DNA of 64,000 nucleotides from Chrysomallon squamiferum (lineage: Eukaryota; Animalia; Mollusca): contig CM022665.1 of assembly GCA_012295275.1 (NCBI GenBank), positions 17,298,001-17,362,000 of the forward strand, given 5' to 3'. The notes below the pieces were generated by a model. It had not been told where the DNA came from, searched no databases, and worked only from the letters and a program-made list of their open reading frames with translations. The translations under genes were made by a program, and so were the position numbers. This document shows positions 51,446 through 64,000 of the stretch, one piece after another; position 1 is the first letter of the stretch, and each line of letters begins with the position of its first letter.

Positions 51446-52115
51446 TAAGTATGTGATATGTATCTTTTTTTTTTTTTTTTTTTTAAAGGTATAGAGGTCA
51501 TAATTTGGTAAATATATAACACATGGTTTATATAAAGCATTTGTTTAATTGTAAATATATAACACATAGTTTAGTAAGTGTACAATACATTATTTAGTAA
51601 TCTATTACACAATATTTAATAAGAAAATAACATATCATTTAGTAAGTATTTAGTTAGATATTCATGTCATTAAAAATTAACAATTTCTTGAAGGAATGCT
51701 GTAACAAAACAATTAATATAATCTATACCTGAAGCGTATATTTAAAGAAACAACGAAAACATTTTATTTTTATTTTCAGATTATGGCACTAAACTTAATG
51801 TCTGATTTATTGAAAGTCTTTAATTATCAGCTACACTGCTCACATCTTTCCGTGCAATGATCTATGAAAATATTAACGACGACAACACAATCATTATAAA
51901 GTTTCAGATAAGTGGAAACCATCTACATCTTCTGAGTAACATCTGAATAGGAATATATTAAAAGTTTCAAAGATTAACCAATCTTTAAAAACGATGAAAC
52001 AGTTGACCAATGGTTAATGGGTGTTCTCATGAGATCATGTAGATTTTTTAACAATGGAATAAATCTTCGTACCCTGATTATATCCACTATAAAATATGAC
52101 AGACCATTTGGATAT

Positions 52116-52116
52116 A

Positions 52117-52188
<72 letters not shown>

Positions 52189-52240
52189 AAGAAGAAGAAG
52201 AAGAAGAAGAAGAAGAAGAAGAAGAAGAAGAAGAAGAAGA
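52116..52240. repeat. Compound (AAT)n(AAG)n microsatellite
   Basis: Directly visible. Confidence 0.97.
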
Positions 52241-53142
52241 AAGGGAAAAAAAAGAAAAAAGAAAAAATTTCTTACGTACCAAGCACAAAGACAATGACAG
52301 CAACAATAACAACCCATAACTACCTTTAATTAAACGAAGATATAACGAAGTCTGATTGTATATTTATATAGTTATTTAAAAGCCGAATATGAAAGAGATG
52401 AAAATACATTTCAAAATCTTTCTTATAAAATAAACTGTACATTTATATACAGGACGTAGAATTCAAATATTCTAGCTAAGTCTGTGTAGGTTTGTAGTGC
52501 TATTGCTTTTTCTAAAATTTTAACTTCAAAAGCACAAACACACATATTATGAAATAAATAAGCAACACAATATAATTTGTAAAAAGAAATTAAAGAAATA
52601 AAACAGAGATTTTTAAAATAATAACTTGCACGCACATTTCAAAAACGGACACTGAAACTCTCTAATTTAAAAACAAAACATTTCAGGGGATATGCATTAA
52701 CAACTGTTATATTAGATATGTGTTTTAAAAATATTGGTTTTGCACAAACGATGTCAATTTTGTTGGTTTTTTATTTTACTAGAAAAGGTGATACGTCCTC
52801 CATACATTTTTCAAGAGAGAAAAAAAAGGACAGGAAATTCTTTGAATTATTTAGTGGGATTAAAATATTTTTAAAATTTCCAAAATAAATTTTCAAAAAA
52901 CCCCGTTAAATTTCCATATGAATTAATTAACTTTTAATATAACTCAAAACTGTTTGAGATTATGCTTGTGATAAACCTGTTTTTTTTAATTTTTATTCTT
53001 ATTTTTTTAAATTTAAATTTAAATTTAAATGTTTTGCTGTTGTTTATTTAGTTATACATCAATATCGGGAAAACCGTATTTATATATGTTGCAAATCCAC
53101 ACAACAATATGTCACTGATACAATAAAATTAACATAAAAAAA

Positions 53143-53170
53143 AAATAATAATAATAATAATAGTATTATT

Positions 53171-53244
<74 letters not shown>

Positions 53245-53603
53245 TAGAAAAAAATTAATAAATTTAAAAATAAAATTTTATGAACATTATTAAAAACAGC
53301 AATTAGAAATAATATATTCATTACTGTACATGGAAGATCCTATTTTCTGTAGAAATATACCTCTTCTATTCTTATATATAGATATATTTTTTTTCTCCGC
53401 ATCGTTTTCTTTATTTGTCTCTATCATACTTATTACCATCAGTGAGCTTCGTACCGCATTATGTTATCTAGAGATCTAGATTATCTCCCTTTATATCATA
53501 ACGCTTTTTATTGTCGGATTACTGTTCAGTTTTGTTATTTTATATTTTTATTTTATTTATTTATTTAATATTGTAATATATTATTATTATTATTATTATT
53601 AAG

Positions 53604-53644
<41 letters not shown>

Positions 53645-53668
53645 TAATATTATTATTATTATTAATAC

Positions 53669-53701
<33 letters not shown>

Positions 53702-53869
53702 GAATAAAATATGTAAATTCTTAAACTGACGAATAAAATCTTTATATTTAAAAATTGTGGTTCTCTTTATTACACAGCATTTGAATTCCATGACAGAATT
53801 ATATCAATTTAAGTTGTAGTGGTAGTACGGTAGTTGTAGTAATAGTAGAAGTAATATTAGTATTTGTAT

Positions 53870-53904
<35 letters not shown>

Positions 53905-54086
53905 GTAGTAGATGTTAATTTTGCAGCAAAAGAGGTCACATTATTTATATTTTTACTAACATTATTAACAGAGTGGTGGTGATGTGGTGGTGATGGTGAC
54001 TGTGGTAAGGACGTAGTAGTGGTGGTAGTTGCAGCAGTAGCAGTAGCTGTAATAGTTGTGCTAGTTGCAGTAATTGCAGTAGTGGC

Positions 54087-54147
<61 letters not shown>

Positions 54148-54200
54148 TAAAAATAATAATAATAATGAGAATGAGAATGATGATAAAAATATCATTATCA
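53143..54200. repeat. Cluster of (AAT)n, (TTA)n and (GTA)n microsatellites
   Basis: Visible at 53143-53245, 53580-53700, 53815-53910 and 54087-54180. Confidence 0.9.
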
Positions 54201-55324
54201 TCAATATCATACAAGTTATGATATAGTAGTGGAAAGATTATTACTACTAACAGTATGATGATGATGATGACAATATCATTATTATCAATATAAATATTGC
54301 TACTTTTACTGCTACTAATGCTGCTTATGCTACTACTACTAATAATAGTTATACTTCTGCTATACCATAACATTCACTATTATTGCTGCTAGTACATTAA
54401 CGTTGTTTACACTAAAACTAATTTTGTAAACAGAAGGTAGTTAACTGTTTGATGTTTCTGGTTAAAGATTCACACACAAACACACACACACAATGACAGT
54501 ATACATAATGCACATTCATCCTACATGCATGCATACAAACATATAACCGTATGCATGCATGCATACATACATACATACATAATATATATATATATACGTC
54601 ATACATACATAAACAGGTGACAGAGAGAGAGAGTTTACTTCCTGAAAAATTCGTGTATACAAGCATATATTACATGCATATATACGTACATATATACATA
54701 CAAACAAACATACATACATACCCAGGGAGGGAGGGAGTGAGTGAGGGAAAGAGAAAGAGAGAGAGAGGATTGTGTTCCTGAAAAATTCATGTATATATGC
54801 ATACACATATACATACAAACATATATACATGGCTGCAATTAGGCATGCGCTTTGTGGTATTAATGATAGTGGTGATATGGTGTTGATGATGATGATTATG
54901 ATAATACTAATAACAATGTCATGAAGAAGTTTATAATAATTTATTAAATGATATCTTTCTCTTCTTTTCTTTTTTCTTTCCTTCCTTCTTCTATTTCTTT
55001 TTATTCATTTTCATGACAATATTCTTCAAATGAACAACTTATTCTTTGTCTCTGTGGTGAGAGGTACATGTTGTGAATGAAATATGTGACAAGTATTTGA
55101 CCTCTGTGACCCAGTGACACTCAGTGAAGTAGTGTGTGTTATCTGTATTTGAATCAGGAAGTATGTAACTACACCAGTCGTTTTAAACTCATTCTATTAC
55201 ACATCTCAAGTGGACTTGCAGCTCTCTAGAAATAGTAATAATAATAGTAATAATGAAATATAAAAGATTTCCTGCTCTCCGTGTAAAAGGATTTCTTCTT
55301 ATTATTTGATATCATTAATAAAAT

Positions 55325-55522
55325 AACCAATCAACCAATCAGTCACTCAGACGATCAGTGAGTCAGTCAATCAGTCAATCAGTCTGTCAATCAGTCAGTC
55401 AATCAGTCAGTCAATCAGTCAGTCAAACAGTGAATCAATCAGTGAGTGAGTTAGTGAGTCAGTCAGTCAATCAGTCAATCAGTCACTCAGTCAGTCAGTA
55501 AGTCAGTCAAACAGTCAGTCAG
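55325..55522. repeat. Degenerate (AGTC/AATC)n tetranucleotide tract abutting satellite array 2
   Basis: tcagtcagtcaatcagtc... runs directly into the first satellite monomer. Confidence 0.93.
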
Positions 55523-55523
55523 T

Positions 55524-56689
55524 TTAAAAACAAACAAACTTCAGTATATTAATAAATTACAAAAAGAAATAATAAATTCTGATATTAAAATACGATTCTA
55601 TGAAAGGACACAATAAATTATTTGATTTACTGATTTTTTTATTTTAAGAAAAATAAGCAAAGTTGACAGGATAGAATAAATAAATAAGTAAACAATGACA
55701 GAACCACTTCGAAATTTAAAAACTGTCGAAACGCCGTTTTTGGAGGTTCCATTTATCGAATAATTAGCGCACGTAAGCTTAGTGACTACATCTCACGTAA
55801 GGGACATAACTGTAATGTATGTTTGTGAACACATCTCACATAAGGGAGATAAGTCTAATCGAAGAAATGTTTAATAAGCTTAGTGATTACATCTCACGTA
55901 AGAGACCTAACTCTCATCTGTTTGTGAGAACATATCACTAAAACGATATAAGTATAATCGATATGAATTTTTCTTTGCTTAGTAAATAAATATATATATA
56001 GATATACAGGAAGACACACACACAAAAAAACACACACACACATACACAGAGAAAAACCTCTGGTACTGAATGCATATACAATTCTAAAAGAAACAAAATT
56101 CAATTCATTAGAAATTGCCTGAAAATTTAAAAACAAACAAACTTCAGTATATTAATAAAATACAAAAAGAAATAATAAATTCTGATATTAAAAAACGATT
56201 CTATCAAATGACACAATGAATTATTTGATTTACTCATTCTTTTATTATAAGAACAATAAGCAAGGATGACAGGATACAATAAATAAATAAGTAAACAATG
56301 ACAGAACCACTTTGAAATTTAAAAACGATCGAAACTCGGCGTTTTTGGAGGTTCCATTTATCGGATAATTAGCGCACTTAAGCTTAGTGACTACATCTCA
56401 CGTAAGGGACATAACTGTAATCTATGTTTGTGAACACATCTCACATAAGGGAGATAAGTCTAATCGAAGAAATTTTTAATAAGCTTAGTGATTACATCTC
56501 ACGTAAGGGACCTAACTCTAATCTAGGTTAGTGAACACATATCTCTAAAGGGAGATAAGTCTAATCGAAGAAATTTTTAATAAGCTTAGTGATTACATCT
56601 CACGTAAGGGACCTAACTCTCATCTGCTTTGTGAGCACATATCACTAAAACGATATAAGTATAATCGATATGAATTTTTCTTTGCTTAG

Positions 56690-56723
<34 letters not shown>

Positions 56724-59700
56724 TATACAGGGAGACACACACACACAAAAACACACACACACACATACACAGAGAAAAACCTCTGGTACTGGATGCATAT
56801 ACAATTCTAAAAGAAACAAAATTCAATTCATTAGAAATTGCCTGAAAATTTAAAAACAAACAAACTTCAGTATATTAATAAAATACAAAAGAAATAATAA
56901 ATTCTGATATTAAAAAACGATTCTATCAAATGACACAATAAATTATTTGATTTACTGATTTTTTTATTATAAGAACAATAAGCAAAGTTGACAGGATACA
57001 ATCAATAAATAAGTAAACAGTGACAGAACCACTTTGAAATCTTAAAACGATCGAAACTCGGCGTTTTTGGAGGTTCCATTTATCGGATAATTAGCGCACG
57101 TAAGCTTAGTGACTACATCTCACGTAAGGGACATAACTGTAATCTATGTTTGTGAACACATCTCACATAACGGAGATAAGTCTAATCGAAGAAATTTTTA
57201 ATAAGCTTAGTGATTACATCTCACGTAAGGGACATAACTCTAATCTAGGTTAGTGAACACATATCACTAAAGGGAGATAAGTCTAATCGATATAATTTTT
57301 TCTTTGCTTAGTGAGTTCATCTCACGTAAGGGACCTAACTCTCATCTGTTTGTGAGCACATATCACTAAAACGATATAAGTATAATCGATATGAATTTTT
57401 CTTTGCTTAGTAAATATGTATATATAAATAGGTATACAGGCAGACACACACACAAAAACATACACAGAGAAAAACCTCTGGTACTGAATGCATATACAAT
57501 TCTAAAAGAAACAAAATTCAATTCGTTAGAAATTGCCTGAAAATTTAAAAACAAACAAACTTCAGTATATTAATAAAATACAAAAGAAATAATAAATTCT
57601 GATATTAAAAAACGATTCTATCAAATGACACAATGAATTATTTGATTTACTCATTCTTTTATTATAAGAACAATAAGCAAAGTTGACAGGATACAATCAA
57701 TAAATAAGTAATCAGTGACAGAACCACTTTGAAATTTTAAAACGATCGAAACTCGGCGTTTTTGGATTCCATTTATCGGATAATTGGCGCACGTAAGCTT
57801 AGTGACTACATCTCACGTAAGGGACATAACTGTAATCTATGTTTGTGAACACATCTCACATAAGGGAGATAAGTCTAATCGAAGACATTTTTAATAAGCT
57901 TAGTGATTACATCTCACGTAAGGGACCTAACTCTAATCTAGGTTAGTGAACACATATCTCTAAAGGGAGATAAGTCTAATCGAAGACATTTTTAATATGC
58001 TTAGTGAGTTCATCTCACGTAAGGGACCTAACTCTCATCTGTTTGTGAGCACATATCACTAAAACGATATAAGTATAATCGATATGAATTTTTCTTTGCT
58101 TAGTAAATATATATATATATAGATATACAGGCAGACACACACACACAAAAACACACACACACACACACACATACACAGAGAAAAACCTCTGGTACTGAAT
58201 GCATATACAATTCTAAAAGAAACAAAATTGAATTCATTAGAAATTGCCTGAAAATTTAAAAAGAAACAAACTTCAGTATATTAATAAAATACAAAAGAAA
58301 TAATAAATTCTGATATTAAAAAACGATTCTATCAAATGACACAATAAATTATTTGATTTACTGATTTTTTTATTATAAGAACAATAAGCAAAGTTGACAG
58401 GATAGAATAAATAAATAAGTAAACAATGACAGAACCACTTTGAAATTTTAAAACGATCGAAACTCGGCGTTTTTGGATTCCATTTATCGGATAATTAGCG
58501 CACGTAAGCTTAGTGACTACATCTCACGTAAGGGACATAACTGTAATCTATGTTTGTGAACACATCTCACATAAGGGAGATAAGTCTAATCGAAGAAATT
58601 TTAATAAGCTTAGTGGTTACATCTCACGTAAGGGACATAACTTAATCTATGTTTGTGAACACATCTCACATAAGGGAGATAAGTCTAATCGAAGACATTT
58701 TTAATAAGCTTAGTGATTACATCTGATGTAAGGGACATAACTCTCATCTGTTTGTGAGCACATATCACTAAAACGATATAAGTATAATCGATATGAATTT
58801 TTCTTTGCTTAGTAAATATATATATATATAGATATACAGGCAGACACACACACACAAAACACACACACACACATACACAGAGAAAAACCTCTGGTACTGA
58901 ATGCATATACAATTCTAAAAGAAACAAAATTCAATTCATTAGAAATTGCCTGAAAATTTAAAAACAAACAAACTTCAGTATATTAATAAAATACAAAAGA
59001 AATAATAAATTCTGATATTAAAAAACGATTCTATCAAATGACACAATTAATTATTTGATTTACTGATTTTTTTATTATAAGAACAATAAGCAAAGTTGAC
59101 AGGATACAATCAATAAATAAGTAAACAGTGACAGAACCACTTTGAAATCTTAAAACGATCGAAACTCGGCGTTTTTGGAGGTTCCATTTATCGGATAATT
59201 AGCGCACGTAAGCTTAGTGACTACATCTCACGTAAGGGACATAACTGTAATCTATGTTTGTGAACACATCTCACATAACGGAGATAAGTCTAATCGAAGA
59301 AATTTTTAATAAGCTTAGTGATTACATCTCACGTAAGGGACCTAACTCTAATCTAGGTTAGTGAACACATATCACTAAAGGGAGATAAGTCTAATCGATA
59401 TAATTTTTTCTTTGCTTAGTGAGTTCATCTCACGTAAGGGACCTAACTCTCATCTGTTTGTGAGCACATATCACTAAAACGATATAAGTATAATCGATAT
59501 GAATTTTTCTTTGCTTAGTAAATATGTATATATAAATAGGTATACAGGCAGACACACACACAAAAACATACACAGAGAAAAACCTCTGGTACTGAATGCA
59601 TATACAATTCTAAAAGAAACAAAATTCAATTCATTAGAAATTGCCTGAAAATTTAAAAACAAACAAACTTCAGTATATTAATAAAATACAAAAGAAATAA

Positions 59701-62146
59701 TAAATTCTGATATTAAAAAACGATTCTATCAAATGACACAATAAATTATTTGATTTACTGATTTTTTTATTATAAGAACAATAAGCAAAGTTGACAGGAT
59801 AGAATAAACAAATAAGTAAACAATGACAGAACAACTTTGAAATTTTAAAACGATCGAAACTCGGCGTTTTTGGATTCCATTTATCGGATAATTATCGCAT
59901 GTAAGCTTAGTGATTACATCTCACGTAAGGGACATAACTCTAATCTATGTTTGTGAACACATCTCACATAAGGGAGATAAGTCTAATCGAAGAAATTTTA
60001 ATAAGCTTAGTGATTACATCTCACGTAAGGGACATAACTCTAATCTAGGTTAGTGAACACATATCACTAAAGGGAGATAAGTCTAATCGATATAATTTTT
60101 TCTTTGCTTAGTGAGTTCATCTCACGTAAGGGACCTAACTCTCATCTGTTTGTGAGCACATATCACTAAAACGATATAAGTATAATCGATATGAATTTTT
60201 CTTTGCTTAGTAAATATATATATATATATAGATATACAGGCAGACACACACACACACACACACACAGAGAAAAACCTCTGGTACTGAATTCATATACAAT
60301 TCTAAAAGAAACAAAATTCAATTCATTAGAAATTGCCTGAAAATTTAAAAACAAACAAACTTCAGTATATTAATAAAATACAAAAGAAATAATAAATTCT
60401 GATATTAAAAAACGATTCTATCAAATGACACAATAAATTATTTGATTTACTGATTTTTTTATTATAAGAACAATAAGCAAAGTTGACAGGATAGAATAAA
60501 TAAATAAGTAAACAATGACAGAACCACTTTGAAATTTTAAAACGATCGAAACTCGGCGTTTTTGGATTCCATTTATCGGATAATTATCGCATGTAAGCTT
60601 AGTGACTACATCTCACGTAAGGGACATAACTGTAATCTATGTTTGTGAACACATCTCACATAAGGGAGATAAGTCTAATCGAAGAAATTTTAATAAGCTT
60701 AGTGATTTCATCTCACGTAAGGGACCTAACTCTAATCTCGGTTAGTGAACACATATCACTAAAGGGAGATAAGTCTAATCGATATAATTTTTTCTTTGCT
60801 TAGTGAGTTCATCTCACGTAAGGGACCTAACTCTCATCTGTTTGTGACCACATATCACTAAAACGATATAAGTATAATCGATATGAATTTTTCTTTGCTT
60901 AGTAAATATGTATATATAAATAGATATACAGGCAGACACACACACGAAAACATACACAGAGAAAAACCTCTGGTACTGAATGCATATACAATTCTAAAAG
61001 AAACAAAACTGAATTCATTAGAAATTGCCTGAAAATTTAAAAAGAAACAAACTTCAGTATATTAATAAAATACAAAAGAAATAATAAATTCTGATATTAA
61101 AAAACGATTCTATCAAATGACACAATAAATTATTTGATTTACTGATTTTTTTTTTAAGAGAAATAAGCAAAGTTGACAGGATAGAATAAATAAATAAGTA
61201 AACAATGACAGAACCACTTCGAAATTTAAAATCGATCGAAACTCGGCGTTTTTGGATTCCATTTATCGGATAATTATCGCATGTAAGCTTAGTGATTACA
61301 TCTCACGTAAGGGACATAACTCTAATCTAGGTTAGTGAACACATATCACTAAAGGGAGATAAGTCTAATCGATATAATTTTTTCTTTGCTTAGTGAGTTC
61401 ATCTCACGTAAGGGACCTAACTCTCATCTTTTTGTGAGCACATATCACTAAAACGATATAAGTATAATCGATATGAATTTTTCTTTGCTTAGTAAATATA
61501 TATATATATATAAATAGGAACACACACACAAAACACACACACACACACATACACAGAGAAAAACCTCTGGTACTGAATGCATATACAATTCTAAAAGAAA
61601 CAAAATTCAATTCATTAGAAATTGCCTGAAAATTTAAAAACAAACAAACTTCAGTATATTAATAAAATACAAAAGAAATAATAAATTCTGATATTAAAAA
61701 ACGATTCTATCAAATGACACAATAAATTATTTGATTTACTGATTTTTTTATTATAAGAACAATAAGCAAAGTTGACAGGATAGAATAAATAAATAAGTAA
61801 ACAATGACAGAACCACTTTGAAATTTTAAAACGATCGAAACTCGGCGTTTTTGGATTCCATTTATCGGATAATTATCGCATGTAAGGGACATAACTGTAG
61901 TGATTACATCTCATAAGGGAAAGGGAATCATAAAGGACATAACTCTAATCTAGGTTAGTGAACACATATCACTAAAGGGAGATAAGTCTAATCGATATAA
62001 TTTTTTCTTTGCTTAGTGAGTTCATCTCACGTAAGGGACCTAACTCTCATCTTTTTGTGAGCACATATCACTAAAACGATATAAGTATAATCGATATGAA
62101 TTTTTCTTTGCTTAGTAAATATATATATATATAGATATACAGGCAG

Positions 62147-62180
<34 letters not shown>

Positions 62181-62924
62181 ACAGAGAAAAACCTCTGGTA
62201 CTGAATTCATATACAATTCTAAAAGAAACAAAATTCAATTCATTAGAAATTGCCTGAAAATTTAAAAACAAACAAACTTCAGTATATTAATAAAATACAA
62301 AAGAAATAATAAATTCTGATATTAAAAAACGATTCTATCAAATGACACAATAAATTATTTGATTTACTGATTTTTTTATTATAAGAACAATAAGCAAAGT
62401 TGACAGGATAGAATAAATAAATAAGTAAACAATGACAGAACCACTTTGAAATTTTAAAACGATCGAAACTCGTCGTTTTTGGATTCCATTTATCGGATAA
62501 TTATCGCATGTAAGCTTAGTGATTACATCTCACGTAAGGGACCTAACTCTAATCTAGGTTAGTGAACACATATCACTAAAGGGAGATAAGTCTAATCGAT
62601 ATAATTTTTTCTTAGCTTAGTGACTACATCTCACGTAAGGGACATAACTCTAATCTATGTTTGTGAACACATCTCACATAAGGGAGATAAGTCTAATCGA
62701 AGAAATTTTTAATAGGCTTAGTGATTACATCTCACGTAAGGGACATAACTCTAATCTAGGTTAGTGAACACATATCACTAAAGGGAGATAAGTCTAATCG
62801 ATATAATTTTTTCTTTGCTTAGTGAGTTCATCTCACGTAAGGGAACTAACTCTCATCTGTTTGTGAGCACATATCACTAAAACGATATAAGTATAATCGA
62901 TATGAATTTTTCTTTGCTTAGTAA

Positions 62925-62957
<33 letters not shown>

Positions 62958-63435
62958 TAGATATAGATATAGATATACAGGCAGACACACACACAAAAAA
63001 ACACACACACACACATACACAGAGAAAAACCTCTGGTACTGAATTTATATACAATTCTAAAAGAAACAAAATTCAATTCATTAGAAATTGCCTGAAAATT
63101 TAAAAACAAACAAACTTCAGTATATTAATAAAATACAAAAGAAATAATAAATTCTGATATTAAAAAACGATTCTATCAAATGACACAATAAATTATTTGA
63201 TTTACTGATTTTTTTATTATAAGAACAATAAGCAAAGTTGACAGGATAGAATAAATAAATAAGTAAACAATGACAGAACCACTTTGAAATTTTAAAACGA
63301 TCGAAACTCGGCGTTTTTGGATTCCATTTATCGGATAATTATCGCATGTAAGCTTAGTGATTACATCTCACGTAAGGGACATAACTCTGATCTAGGTTAG
63401 TAAACACATATCACTAAAGGGAGATAAGTCTAAGC
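55524..63435 (+). repeat. Satellite array 2: about 11.5 monomers (roughly 600-840 bp) of the same family, with 2-4 internal ~100-bp subrepeats
   Basis: Same monomer and orientation as array 1. It carries extra TATGTTTGTGAACACATCTCACATAAGGGAG...CGAAGAAATTTT subrepeats and diagnostic SNPs (AACAATAAGCAAAGTTG, GAACCACTTT, GAATGCATA). Both junctions with flanking DNA are visible. Confidence 0.98.
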
Positions 63436-63791
63436 GATAAGTATATGGTTATTTAACCAGCATAATAACAAAACAAGAAGTTGTTTTGTGGGGGGGGTTT
63501 TTTGGTTTTTTTATTTGTTTGTTTTTTGTTGTTTTTTTAAATGAAAGAAAATAAAGGTGCATACCTTATTGTTTTAGACAGAAAATGTGCAAATGTAATA
63601 TTATTGTCCTGCTTAAGTAAACCTTTTTGCACAATTCTGAAGTTTCACTTTAATTTGCAACATACCTGACAGAGACACATTAGCAGTAAGGAGAAGAGTT
63701 AAATATCATTCAAAGTTTTACAAATTTAAAATAGGTTCTTTAATCCAAATTATGAACCCTTGGACACTGTAAGACGCTCCTAACAGAATTG

Positions 63792-64000
63792 TCTGGTCAA
63801 GCTAATTAAGAATATAAAAATGTAAAAAATACTTAAAGAGTAAAGGAGTGTGAAGAAAAAAATCATATAAGTAAATTTTTTATTTTCTTGGTTAGATTTT
63901 AATTTGTTTTAGTTATTATATGAATTCTTTTGTTGCTAAATGTAAAGTATTAAATTTTGTAATTAATGTAACTGTTATAATACTGTATAACTTGAGAATC
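63792..64000 (+). repeat. Copy 2 of the direct repeat (matches 924-1132; runs off the window edge)
   Basis: Gapless match at offset 62868 with about 98% identity. Confidence 0.95.

Noticed and set aside
54590-54830. Short ~136-bp duplication around TTCCTGAAAAATTC
   Set aside because: It is a local duplication in (CATA)n/(GA)n low-complexity DNA with no coding or structural signal.

Overview
AT-rich, microsatellite-dense eukaryotic DNA from an intron-containing animal genome, probably a mollusc or other lophotrochozoan (inferred from gene and repeat content). Almost every ORF in the supplied track is spurious, and the real genes appear only after splicing. (1) 5708-16282 (+): nine phase-compatible exons (about 592 codons) of an RNF213/mysterin-like gene, with a doubled N-terminal zinc ribbon and a CBM20-like region, which breaks off before a 200-N gap. 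(2) 18410-42972: a gap-flanked array of about 40 copies of a ~610-bp complex satellite. (3) 43589-51445 (+): a complete-looking ~305-aa gene with a signal peptide, five intact EGF/laminin-EGF-like exons, two decayed EGF pseudo-exons and a GPI-signal-like C-terminus. Its first intron holds a decayed antisense pogo-type transposon. (4) 55524-63435: a second, more heterogeneous array of the same satellite with 2-4 internal ~100-bp subrepeats per monomer. (5) The last 209 bp are a ~98% identical copy of 924-1132. A possible hAT transposase fossil (about 3.2-4.2 kb) and 39-bp and 53-bp minisatellites are also present. I found no rRNA, tRNA or CRISPR array, and nothing that can be called a new biological system from sequence alone.
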